A stretch of 31,494 bases of DNA from a virus (taxonomy: Duplodnaviria > Caudoviricetes), in the IMG/VR virus record IMGVR_UViG_3300022917_000022, positions 1-31,494 of that record. One strand, given 5' to 3'. The notes below the pieces were generated by a model. It did no database searches, was not told the origin of the DNA, and saw only the letters and a list, made by a program, of their open reading frames with translations. Position numbers and translations under genes: made by a program. Shown here piece by piece: positions 1-7,733 of this stretch. How positions within the stretch are numbered: position 1 is the stretch's first letter; each line of letters starts with the position of its first letter.

Positions 1-2
1 AG

Positions 3-152
3 AAGCCCACGGACGGCGCCCACGCAGCCACCGAGCACGGCCACAAGGACGCAGAGGACCAGTTGCCGGAGGGCGGGCTGATCGCGCTGCTGTGGGTGAT
101 GGTCGCGGCGGCTGGCGGGTTGGCTGGCCTCGTGCTCTGGAGTGCGCGATGA
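3..152 (+). CDS. Partial (5' truncated) small membrane protein
   Basis: Open frame KPTDG...GGLIALLWVMVAAAGGLAGLVLWSAR* ending in an ATGA overlap with the next gene; C-terminal hydrophobic helix. Confidence 0.6.
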   Translation, partial: KPTDGAHAATEHGHKDAEDQLPEGGLIALLWVMVAAAGGLAGLVLWSAR

Positions 153-685
153 GCGACGACACCAAGACTCACTACCGCAAGGCCTTCGACAGCCCGTACC
201 TGTCGAGCGCTGACATCGTTGATCCGGTGTCGCTGACGATCCGTCGCGTCATCCTGGAGCAGGACCGCACCAAGAAGACGAAGGACCACTTCAACACCGC
301 CTACTTCGAGGAAAGCCACATCAGGCCGGGCGAGAAGCTGAAGCCCATGATCCTGAACGCCACGAACTCGAAGATGGTGGCGCAGATCACCGGCTCCAAG
401 TGGATCGACGACTGGTGCGGCGTGCCGGTGACGATCTACGTGGACAACAACGTCCGCTTCGGCAAGGAGACGGTCGAGGGACTGCGGCTTGCGAAGGCGA
501 CGGAGCGGCCCCAGGCGCCGGCCCCTGAGCTGGTGGCCGCGGCTGACGTTGCCGCCAAGGCTGGCACCGAGGCCCTGCGCAAGTGGTGGACGGAGCAGCC
601 CGAGGAAGCCAGGCAGATGCTGCTGCCCCGCTTCAAGGGCCTGAAGGCCACCGCGGCGACTGCCGACAGCAAGGTGAAAGCATGA
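149..685 (+). CDS. Phage protein, putative ssDNA-annealing/binding partner of the exonuclease
   Basis: ATG at 149 after GGAG; MSDDTKTHYRKAFDSPYLSSAD...KPMILNATNSK; coupled (ATGA) to the YqaJ exonuclease; function inferred from position. Confidence 0.7.
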   Translation: MSDDTKTHYRKAFDSPYLSSADIVDPVSLTIRRVILEQDRTKKTKDHFNTAYFEESHIRPGEKLKPMILNATNSKMVAQITGSKWIDDWCGVPVTIYVDNNVRFGKETVEGLRLAKATERPQAPAPELVAAADVAAKAGTEALRKWWTEQPEEARQMLLPRFKGLKATAATADSKVKA

Positions 686-1314
686 TCGTCCACAACGACG
701 TTCAAGGCTCCGACGAGTGGCTTGAGTCTCGGCGCGGCGTCATCACTGGCAGCCGCTTTCGGGACGCGCGCGACCGGCTGAAGAACGGCGACATGTCGGC
801 CAAGGCGAAGCTGTATGCGATGGACGTGGCCCGTGAGCGGTTCGGCGGCCTGGTGGCGCCGACCTTCCAGAACGCGGCCATGCGCACGGGCACGGAGCAG
901 GAGCCCGTCGCCCGCCAGCACTACGAGGCCAAAACCGGCAACTTCGTGGACGAGGCCGGGTTCATCACCACTGACGACCGCAAGTTCGGTGTCAGCGTGG
1001 ATGGTCTGGTGGACCATGACGGGCTGATCGAAATCAAGACGATGGTCAGCAGTGACACGCTGTTCCGGGCCGTGATCCTGCAGGACATCGCGGAGTACGC
1101 CGACCAGATCAACGGCGCGCTGTGGCTGCTTGGCAGGAAGTGGTGCGACCTGATCCTTTGGGCGCCTGACCTACCTGTCGGGCGCATGACCATCCGGCGC
1201 ATTAACCGGGACGAGTCTGCCATTGAGTCGCTTGAGGCTGACCTGCTGGCGTTCGAGCGGTGCGTCTCGCAGTTTGAGCAAGACCTGCGGGCTCGGCTTG
1301 AGGTGCCGGCGTGA
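682..1314 (+). CDS. YqaJ-like / lambda-type exonuclease
   Basis: QGSDEWLESRRGVITGS, GTEQEP, SVDGLV...LIEIK (PD-(D/E)xK-type), YADQING motifs. Confidence 0.92.
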   Translation: MIVHNDVQGSDEWLESRRGVITGSRFRDARDRLKNGDMSAKAKLYAMDVARERFGGLVAPTFQNAAMRTGTEQEPVARQHYEAKTGNFVDEAGFITTDDRKFGVSVDGLVDHDGLIEIKTMVSSDTLFRAVILQDIAEYADQINGALWLLGRKWCDLILWAPDLPVGRMTIRRINRDESAIESLEADLLAFERCVSQFEQDLRARLEVPA

Positions 1315-1637
1315 ACTTCCCCAAGCCCCAGCGCTTCAAGAGCGAGTCCTATCGCTGCTTCGTCAGCGGTCACGACTGCTTCGGATGCGGCATCAGCGGC
1401 TACAGCCAATGCGCCCACGCGAACGGCGGTGGCATGGGCACGAAGCGCAGCGACTTGGAGACGTTCCCTCTCTGCGCCACGAGGCCGGGTCACATGGGCT
1501 GCCACGCAATGCACGACCTCTGTCTCGACATGACCCGGGCAGACCGGCGAGAGCTTGAGGCCAAGTACATCGAGAAGATGCAGGCCATTGCGCGCGCGGC
1601 TGGCCGGCCGGAGTTCCGCGAATCGGAGGCGGCATGA
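1311..1637 (+). CDS. DUF968-like Zn-binding His-Me/HNH-like protein
   Basis: CFGC...AHAN...GMGTKRSDLETFPLC...GCHAMHD pattern; GTGA overlap with the upstream gene. Confidence 0.7.
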   Translation: MNFPKPQRFKSESYRCFVSGHDCFGCGISGYSQCAHANGGGMGTKRSDLETFPLCATRPGHMGCHAMHDLCLDMTRADRRELEAKYIEKMQAIARAAGRPEFRESEAA

Positions 1638-2107
1638 CCGTTATCACCCTAACTCGCACGCCCAGCGGAGCCCTCGCTGCTGCTGACGAAGAGACGCGCG
1701 AGTTCGTGGCTCGCCTGAAGATGGGCGCGGGGCTCCGCGGCGACTTCAAGCGCCAGCGCAACCCGCGCTTCCACCGCAAGGCGTTCGCCCTCTTCAAGTT
1801 CGCCTTCGACCTGTGGGACGCGCCGGCTCTCGAATACAAGGGCCAGCCCGTCGCGAAGGATCTGGACCGCTTCCGCAAGGACATCACGATCCTGGCGGGC
1901 CACTACGAGAGCGCCGTGAACCTCCGCGGAGAGGTGAGGCTTGAGGCCAAGAGCCTGAGCTTTTCCAACATGGCCGAAGACGAGTTCGAGGCGGTGTATC
2001 GGTCGATCCTGAACGTGGTTTGGGATCGGGTGCTGAAAAGCAAGGGCTACGGCTCTGCGGCCGATGTTGATCGGATCGTGGAAGAGCTGCTGCGTTTCGA
2101 TTCCTGA
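1634..2107 (+). CDS. DUF1367 family (NinB-like) protein
   Basis: RNPRFHRKAFALF...FRKDITILAGHY...AKSLSFSNMAEDEFEAVY signature. Confidence 0.85.
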   Translation: MTVITLTRTPSGALAAADEETREFVARLKMGAGLRGDFKRQRNPRFHRKAFALFKFAFDLWDAPALEYKGQPVAKDLDRFRKDITILAGHYESAVNLRGEVRLEAKSLSFSNMAEDEFEAVYRSILNVVWDRVLKSKGYGSAADVDRIVEELLRFDS

Positions 2108-2122
2108 ACGAAAGGACACCCC

Positions 2123-2470
2123 ATGAAAGAGAGCGGACTGAGCGCGGGGCATTCTGGCTTCGCAAAAGAGGCTGTCGTCAAAGGCATCCGCTACGTCTCA
2201 CAGCCCGCGCGCGGCTGTAGCGGCTGCGCCTTCGATGAAGGGTGCGGCAAGCGGCCCGACTACGAAACGCCGCCAGGAACCTGCGGAAGCAACAACCTCG
2301 GGATCATCTGGCTCCGCGCCGACGCGGCCGAGGTCGCGAAGGACGCGAGCGAGCACGTCACGCCCGCAGACCGCGCCGGCATCGCTTCCTTCGTCCCTCC
2401 CGATACGCCGCCCAAGGCCGAGGCAGTCGGGAGGGTGTCGTCGTTCAACCGTTCGTGGAGGTGGCTGTGA
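2123..2470 (+). CDS. Hypothetical phage protein (Cys-containing)
   Basis: AAGGA RBS; CSGCAF motif; GTGA overlap with the next gene. Confidence 0.65.
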   Translation: MKESGLSAGHSGFAKEAVVKGIRYVSQPARGCSGCAFDEGCGKRPDYETPPGTCGSNNLGIIWLRADAAEVAKDASEHVTPADRAGIASFVPPDTPPKAEAVGRVSSFNRSWRWL

Positions 2471-3123
2471 ACGAATCCCCGCGGCTCGATGAGGGGCCAG
2501 CGCAGTCGGAAACGCTGCAACTTGCAGCCATTTGCATGGGCATCGCAGCAAGCCCGCAAGGCTTCACGGAGCCGTACATCCGCGCGCGTCTGACTGGCGT
2601 CGCCTCAGAGCTGCGCCGCCTGCACGCTGTAGAGGCATCCCGCACAACAGCGCGGACGCCGCGCAAGGCCGAGAAGCTGCTGCGTGAAGTTCTGGAGGCT
2701 ATGCCCGGCTTACAGGCGGTGAACTGCCTCGGCAGGGACTTGCACGAGCGCGTGTGCGCCGTTGTGGACGCCGCACCCGAGCCGGTGCCGGTGGCATCCA
2801 GCGCAGTGCGTGCGGAGCCCGAAACCGATGCCGACCTGCTGGGCCGCCTCTGCGCCGCTGATGCTCTGACGCCAGGCCTTCCGCTGGCCTCAATGCTGCG
2901 GGATGACGTGCTGGTTGGCGACTATCAGCGGCGTCTGTTGCTTCTGGTGCGGTCCACCCACCAGCCCCAAGCAGCGGAGAGCGTGCCGGCTGTGCGGTTG
3001 ACGGATGACGAGTTGCGGCGCGCTTACTCGGATGCCGAGCTTGGCGTTGGCTTCATCGAGCGGATTCGCGCCGTCGAAACGCTGGTGCTGCAGAAGAACG
3101 GCCTTCGCTTGGGGGAGCTATGA
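2467..3123 (+). CDS. Hypothetical phage protein (mosaic early-gene type)
   Basis: GTG start overlapping the upstream stop; ASELRRLHA segment; ATGA overlap downstream. Confidence 0.65.
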   Translation: MNESPRLDEGPAQSETLQLAAICMGIAASPQGFTEPYIRARLTGVASELRRLHAVEASRTTARTPRKAEKLLREVLEAMPGLQAVNCLGRDLHERVCAVVDAAPEPVPVASSAVRAEPETDADLLGRLCAADALTPGLPLASMLRDDVLVGDYQRRLLLLVRSTHQPQAAESVPAVRLTDDELRRAYSDAELGVGFIERIRAVETLVLQKNGLRLGEL

Positions 3124-3485
3124 GCACGGATCGGGAGCTTTTGGAACTGGCGGCGCAGGCTGCGGGGTATGAGATTCACTCTAACGACGAACGGGCTCCC
3201 GGGGTCTATGTCGTCATTGATAGGAATGTGAAGCATTGGACCCCGCTGACCGACGACGGCGACGCGCTGCGGTTGATGGTGTCGCTGCACCTTTACCTGC
3301 GCCCGATGTCGTTTCTCGGCCCGGATGGCGGCTACGTGGTCGTCGGCGTCGCCGACTGGCCCGGCATCGAAGAACGCGTCATGGACAACGACCAGCACGC
3401 AGCCACGCGTCGGGCAATCGTTCGCGCTGCCGCCGAACTTGGCCGTGCCGTCGCCTCTCTCGCCAAGACTGCGAGCCACACATGA
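3120..3485 (+). CDS. Conserved phage hypothetical protein
   Basis: MSTDRELLELAAQAAG...WTPLTDDGDALRL...ATRRAIVRAAAE, a common small phage family. Confidence 0.85.
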   Translation: MSTDRELLELAAQAAGYEIHSNDERAPGVYVVIDRNVKHWTPLTDDGDALRLMVSLHLYLRPMSFLGPDGGYVVVGVADWPGIEERVMDNDQHAATRRAIVRAAAELGRAVASLAKTASHT

Positions 3486-3871
3486 GCACATACCGCGAAC
3501 GAGTCGAGGCGCACCAGTTCCAAAGCTGGTGGCTTGGGCCGGCCGATGCAAAGAAGGCTGTGTGGCAAGTCGTCAGTATGGAGAGCACCGACGATGCGTG
3601 CCGGCAAGGTTTCGAGGCTGCGTTGCGAATCGGCTCCGCCATCGCCACCGAAGCCGACGCCACCGAGGCGCAGTTGCGGGCGGCGCTGTCCGACAAGGAT
3701 GAGGTTATCGGCGCGCTTGTTGCGCAACTGCATGCCGACCGCCACAACCTGCAGAGTTGGCATGCCAGTGTCGCCGGGCATCTTCAGGACAGGGGCGGGT
3801 TGGAGAGCGATCTTCAGGACATTGACGCAGCGCTTGCCCTCGCCCAGCAGCACAGGGAGCCCAGCAAGTGA
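3482..3871 (+). CDS. Hypothetical phage protein
   Basis: ATGA-coupled start (MSTYRERVEAH), coupled stop. Confidence 0.65.
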   Translation: MSTYRERVEAHQFQSWWLGPADAKKAVWQVVSMESTDDACRQGFEAALRIGSAIATEADATEAQLRAALSDKDEVIGALVAQLHADRHNLQSWHASVAGHLQDRGGLESDLQDIDAALALAQQHREPSK

Positions 3872-4182
3872 GCGAACATTTCATTCTGGACAACCGCAAG
3901 CCGGTGCCGTGCGACCTGATGACCTGGGCGCGAATGATGCAAGACGCCGGAGGCCGACGAGTCGCAGCCACAGAGATCGAAGGCTCGCGCGTCAGCACCG
4001 TATTTCTTGGGCTCGATCACTCCTTCGGCGATGGGCCGCCACTGCTGTTTGAAACGCTCGTCTTCGGTGGGCCGTTGGCCGGCGAGATGGAGCGCTGCTC
4101 CACATGGGAGCAAGCCGAGGCCCAGCACAAAGCGATGTGCGCTCGCGTGAAGTCCGCGGAGGAGGACCCCAGCAATGGCTGA
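3868..4182 (+). CDS. Conserved phage hypothetical protein
   Basis: VSTVFLGLDHSFGDGPPLLFETLVFGG...RCSTWEQAEAQH, a recurrent phage family. Confidence 0.85.
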   Translation: MSEHFILDNRKPVPCDLMTWARMMQDAGGRRVAATEIEGSRVSTVFLGLDHSFGDGPPLLFETLVFGGPLAGEMERCSTWEQAEAQHKAMCARVKSAEEDPSNG

Positions 4183-4495
4183 AGAGAACAAGGCCGCGGC
4201 GGGGCACACCCCGGGGCCGTGGCATGTCGGCGTCGGCGGCAACTTCCACGAGAACCGCGTGTGGACGGCCGCCATGCGCCCAGTCGTCAACCTCTGCTCG
4301 TTCAGCGGGTCCCCGGCCGACTGCTGTGCGGTCGCGCAAGCAAACGGTCTCCTGATCGCCGCGGCTCCCGACCTGCTGGCGGCGCTGCAACAGGTGCTGG
4401 CAGCCATGGAGGACCAGTCACCAGCCGCCTATGCGCCCGCCGAAAGCGTGGTGCGCGCCGCCATCGCCAAAGCCACCGGAGCCCGCAATGTCTGA
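4175..4495 (+). CDS. Conserved phage hypothetical protein (HTPGPW...NxxLIAAAPDLL family)
   Basis: HTPGPW and ANGLLIAAAPDLLAAL motifs; GGAGGA RBS. Confidence 0.85.
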   Translation: MAEENKAAAGHTPGPWHVGVGGNFHENRVWTAAMRPVVNLCSFSGSPADCCAVAQANGLLIAAAPDLLAALQQVLAAMEDQSPAAYAPAESVVRAAIAKATGARNV

Positions 4496-4715
4496 CACCC
4501 AGGCCGCCAGCAAGTGGCAGCCTATCGCCTCGGCGCCCAAAGACGCGGGCTTGTTGCTGCTGTTGGTCAATGGCATTTCAACGGCTGGCGGATGGGTCAG
4601 TGACGTAGACCACGGCGCCGATTGGGAAGGCCAGTTAGGCATGGCCGGCTGGTGGCATTTTCAAGGCAGCGACGCTCAACCGACTCACTGGCAGCCACTG
4701 CCGCCACCGATTTAA
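4488..4715 (+). CDS. DUF551-like protein
   Basis: WQPIASAPKD ... PTHWQPLPPP signature. Confidence 0.85.
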   Translation: MSDTQAASKWQPIASAPKDAGLLLLLVNGISTAGGWVSDVDHGADWEGQLGMAGWWHFQGSDAQPTHWQPLPPPI

Positions 4716-5132
4716 TCCACTGGAGCAATGATGACGACGAGAGCCGAGCACTTGGAATGGTGCAAGCAGCGAGCGCGCGAATACTGCGACCGCGGCGATG
4801 CCATGAACGCGCTTACTTCAATGTTCAGCGATCTGGAGCAGCACCCAGAGACCGCGGGGCACAAAGGATCGCAGATCGGCCTGATGTTGATGCTGGGTGG
4901 GCAACTCAGCGAGCCGGCAGAAGCGCGCCGATTTATCGACGGTTTCAACTGAGTGGCAGCCATGAGCGACACCCAGGCCGCACACGGCAGAGATTGTCCA
5001 AAGGCCGCGCATCTTGGCGAAGGCTACTTGCACGCCGCCGACGATGATGGGCCGTATGACGTGGACGGCGTGGCCTACTGTGGCCGATGCCACGGATGGC
5101 TTGGTGCGTCAGTGCGCGACACCCAGGCCGCA
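4494..5132 (+). repeat. Three dispersed copies of GACACCCAGGCCGC (4494-4507, 4968-4981, 5118-5131) encoding DTQAA
   Basis: Exact 14-bp matches read directly; copies 2 and 3 extend to 17 bp. Confidence 0.85.
4728..4952 (+). CDS. Conserved phage hypothetical protein
   Basis: GGAG RBS; TRAEHLEWCKQRAREY...RRFIDGFN. Confidence 0.8.
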   Translation: MMTTRAEHLEWCKQRAREYCDRGDAMNALTSMFSDLEQHPETAGHKGSQIGLMLMLGGQLSEPAEARRFIDGFN

Positions 5133-5708
5133 GCACTCATCACGCCCGAGGCGCTGCAAGCCGCCCAAGAACTGATCGACATCGTGCTGCAGCAGTGCGG
5201 AGGCTTCCTTTCTGGGCCAGGCTTCGACGCTGCCCAGAAAGCGCGAGCGCTGAAGGCCGCACTCGCCGCGCCTGCCGAAGGGCCGCAGGCGGTGGCGCCG
5301 GAGTGGCGCGATCACGTCGAACAGCGCATCAGGACGTGGCGCCAGCGCACGATGAACAAGTCCGGCGACATGCTCGCCATCGATGACTTCATGGGCCAAG
5401 AGTCCATCGATGACTTGGTGGACTTCGTGTGCGACGAGTGGGCGGCACCCACCGCGCCCGACAAGGCCGAGCCAGACCTTGCGGCCGAGCTGCAGGAGTG
5501 CCGGCAGGATGCGGAGCGGTATCGGTGGCTGCGCGAGAGAGCACCCGGTGAGATCGTCTTCGACCACACGGAGAGGCAAATGAACGGTGGTAGCCACTTC
5601 GTGTTGCGCGTTCCGTTCGACGGTGAGCCTGTACACAACGACGCGCACAGCGCGCTGAAGCTGGACGCCGCTATCGACGCTCTGCGCAGGAAGGGCGGTG
5701 CAGCGTGA
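4962..5708 (+). CDS. Mosaic hypothetical phage protein (Ead/Ea22-like C-terminal DAERYRWLR segment)
   Basis: DAERYRWLR...LDAAIDA motif; N-terminal Cys/His cassette. Confidence 0.75.
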   Translation: MSDTQAAHGRDCPKAAHLGEGYLHAADDDGPYDVDGVAYCGRCHGWLGASVRDTQAAALITPEALQAAQELIDIVLQQCGGFLSGPGFDAAQKARALKAALAAPAEGPQAVAPEWRDHVEQRIRTWRQRTMNKSGDMLAIDDFMGQESIDDLVDFVCDEWAAPTAPDKAEPDLAAELQECRQDAERYRWLRERAPGEIVFDHTERQMNGGSHFVLRVPFDGEPVHNDAHSALKLDAAIDALRRKGGAA

Positions 5709-5971
5709 GCGCGAATGTAGCGATTGCACAGATGGTGAGCGCGCTCAAGGGCTACGGGCGCGACCTGCGCATGTCTTGGCCGGAGGACATCAGCACGCGA
5801 GAGGTTGACTACGTGCTTGAAGTGGTGGCCCTACAGATGCGAACGTATCGCCGTATCGCAGAACTCCGAGAGGCCGGAATTCGCTCAAGGGGCGACCTTG
5901 AATGGAACTCTTGGTTTGAGGAAGGCCACCCGGCGCGCGTGAACCTCCCGAACAACAGCACAGGACTCTAG
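5705..5971 (+). CDS. Hypothetical phage protein
   Basis: GTGA-coupled start; fills the gap before xis. Confidence 0.6.
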   Translation: MSANVAIAQMVSALKGYGRDLRMSWPEDISTREVDYVLEVVALQMRTYRRIAELREAGIRSRGDLEWNSWFEEGHPARVNLPNNSTGL

Positions 5972-6029
5972 CCATGACAACGCTGCAAGACCACTGCCGC
6001 GGGATGAGGGGGTGAACAATGGAGCCATC

Positions 6030-6239
6030 ATGGCGAAGCTAATCCCGCTCGAGACCTGGGCCGCGAGCCGCTACGACCCGCCGCCGTCTGCCTGGGTGCT
6101 GCGCAAGTGGGTGCGCGACGGCGAGATTTACCCGGCGCCGGAGAAGGTCGGCAAGGGCTGGCGCGTGCTCGAGACTGCCCGGCGGCTTACCGGCGACGTT
6201 CCCGTAGGCGGCGGCCTGCTCGAGCAATTGCAGGCATGA
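6030..6239 (+). CDS. xis: Excisionase, lambda Xis family
   Basis: LETWAASRYDPPPSAWVLRKWVRDGEIYPAPEKVGKGWRV closely resembles lambda Xis; GGAG RBS; directly upstream of int. Confidence 0.92.
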   Translation: MAKLIPLETWAASRYDPPPSAWVLRKWVRDGEIYPAPEKVGKGWRVLETARRLTGDVPVGGGLLEQLQA

Positions 6240-7297
6240 GCCCCGCGCGTCGTAGCATCAAGCGCCGGGACTGGCCTCGAGGTCTGCGCGAGACCCGGCC
6301 CGGGTACTACTCCTGGGATCACCCTGACGGGCGGTCGCTGGCAATCGGCCGGGTTCCGCTGGCCGCGGCGAAGAACGAGGCCATGCTGGCGAACCAGCAC
6401 GTTGCGGCGCAGCGGCCCGGCCTGCTCGAGCGCGTTACCGGTGTCAGCAACACCGTCGCCGCCCTGCTCGAGCTCATGCCGGTACCGGCGAACAAGAACA
6501 CGGCCAAGAGCTGGCGCAGCCTGGACAAGATCATCGGACTCGAGCTCGGCGCCATCCGGTGCAGCGAGCTCAAGACGAAGGACTGCGCCGGCTTGCTGCG
6601 GAAGCTGATCGAGTCCGGGCGGGAGCGGACGGCCGAGGCGGTGCGCTCGAGGTTGATCGCCGTCTGCCAATACGGCCAGGCCGAGGGCTGGCTCGAGAGC
6701 AACCCCGCCGAAGTGACCCGTCGTCCGGAGGTAGAGGTGAAGCGGGGCCGGTTGACGCTCGAGGCCTTCAAGGCGATCCGAGCTCGAGCCCACGAGGTCG
6801 CGGAGTGGCTGCCGCTGGCGATGGACCTGGGCATTGTCACCGCGGCCGACCGGTCGACCCTGGCGGCGCTCGAGCGCAAGGACATAGGGCCGGAAGCGCT
6901 GACAGTTCACCGCGGGAAGACCGGGGCCCTGCTCGAGATCCCGCTACGCATCCGTCTGGATGTGCTCGAACTCGAACTCTCAGAAGTGCTGAAGCGCCGG
7001 ACGGGCGTCGTCTCGAGACACATCATCCACCACGTCGCCCAGTGGGGGAACGCTCCGGCCGGGTCGCCTGTCTTCCCGGACCGCATCAGCAAGGCCTTCA
7101 CCGCCGCTCGAGTGCTGGCCGGCATCCCGGACGAGGCCGCGCCCACCTTCCACGAGATCCGGAGCCTTTCCAAGCGGCTCTATGACGCGCAGGGGAACGT
7201 GGACACCAAGGCACTCCTAGGTCACGCGACGGAGCGCATGAGCGAGCTCTACGCGAACCCCCGAGGGGCTGAGGCCATCAAGGTCCGCGTTGGCTGA
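6236..7297 (+). CDS. int: Tyrosine integrase, lambda-Int-like with N-terminal arm-binding domain
   Basis: ATGA overlap with xis; N-terminal MSPARRS...GYYSW..P.G; KTG, PTFHEIRSL (HxxR), LLGH and C-terminal Tyr (SELY). Confidence 0.93.
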   Translation: MSPARRSIKRRDWPRGLRETRPGYYSWDHPDGRSLAIGRVPLAAAKNEAMLANQHVAAQRPGLLERVTGVSNTVAALLELMPVPANKNTAKSWRSLDKIIGLELGAIRCSELKTKDCAGLLRKLIESGRERTAEAVRSRLIAVCQYGQAEGWLESNPAEVTRRPEVEVKRGRLTLEAFKAIRARAHEVAEWLPLAMDLGIVTAADRSTLAALERKDIGPEALTVHRGKTGALLEIPLRIRLDVLELELSEVLKRRTGVVSRHIIHHVAQWGNAPAGSPVFPDRISKAFTAARVLAGIPDEAAPTFHEIRSLSKRLYDAQGNVDTKALLGHATERMSELYANPRGAEAIKVRVG

Positions 7298-7328
7298 TCC
7301 GAACGCGATCCGAACGCGAAGCGAATTC
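7296..7328 (+). repeat. Integrase arm-type sites: GATCCGAACGC x2 plus degenerate GAAGCGAATTC; related CCGAACACG at 7478-7486
   Basis: 11-bp-period tandem direct repeats flanking the core, as for lambda P'1-3 arm sites. Confidence 0.75.
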
Positions 7329-7428
7329 ACCTACGCTGAAGTGTGTTGCCCATGCAGACGAACAACACTGATGTTTTCGCCTGTGGAATCAATGACTTAG
7401 GCTCTTTTCGGAGCCACTTGAAGACCAT
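7327..7428 (-). CDS. attP mini-ORF: replacement N-terminus of a host LMW protein-tyrosine phosphatase (MVFKWLRKEPKSLIPQAKTSVLFVCMGN|TLQRR*)
   Basis: Manual translation of the - strand; SVLFVCMGN matches the LMW-PTP P-loop start (VLFVCxGNICRS) and diverges right after N; alternative TTG start at 7392. Confidence 0.75.
   Translation of the reverse strand: MVFKWLRKEPKSLIPQAKTSVLFVCMGNTLQRR
7387..7399 (+). promoter_or_regulatory. IHF binding site
   Basis: AATCAA-TGAC-TTA matches WATCAANNNNTTR exactly. Confidence 0.8.
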
Positions 7429-7451
7429 AAAATGCGTTGCGTCAGCGTCAA
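7424..7451 (-). promoter_or_regulatory. Sigma70-like promoter directed into the att core
   Basis: TTGACG-N16-TATGGT on the - strand. Confidence 0.5.
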
Positions 7452-7454
7452 ATG

Positions 7455-7467
7455 AATCAACAGGTTA
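7455..7467 (+). promoter_or_regulatory. IHF binding site
   Basis: AATCAA-CAGG-TTA matches WATCAANNNNTTR exactly. Confidence 0.8.
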
Positions 7468-7514
7468 ACGCATCAAGCCGAACACGTAGCGCCATCGGCG
7501 CGGAAGGATGAGCA

Positions 7515-7733
7515 ATGACCGACAGATTCCATAGCCTTGTCGTTGTACTTGAGCAGGACATCCGAGAAGACGACGCTCAAAACCTAATCAAGGCGATCAA
7601 ACTGCTGCGCGGTGTCGCGGACGTATCGGGCGCCGTGGCGGACTTGGCATCGCATACGGCCGAAGTTCGTGCGCGCACAGCGCTGGGCCAGCAGATCCTG
7701 GACGTCTTGTTTCCTGAGAAGCCCCAGGGATGA
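7515..7733 (+). CDS. Conserved phage hypothetical protein
   Basis: AAGGA RBS; VVLEQDIREDDAQNLIKAIKLLRGV. Confidence 0.8.
   Translation: MTDRFHSLVVVLEQDIREDDAQNLIKAIKLLRGVADVSGAVADLASHTAEVRARTALGQQILDVLFPEKPQG

Larger units (their letters stand above)
7296..7490. other. attP site
   Basis: More AT-rich gap right after int containing arm-type repeats, two IHF consensus sites and a host-gene-like core (about 7344-7371). Confidence 0.85.

Noticed and set aside
3780-3821. 12-bp direct repeat ATCTTCAGGACA
   Set aside because: Two copies inside a coding region (LQD twice); no further structure
6107-6235. Longer integrase start given in the ORF track
   Set aside because: Overlaps xis; ATG at 6236 gives a lambda-Int-like N-terminus and an ATGA coupling
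7296-7328. Tandem repeats as CRISPR or iteron
   Set aside because: Only 11 bp, no spacers; position beside int and the IHF sites fits arm-type sites
7298-7514. Possible tRNA fragment as att core
   Set aside because: No T-loop (GTTCGA) or CCA-type 3' tRNA half is present; the core matches a protein-coding P-loop instead
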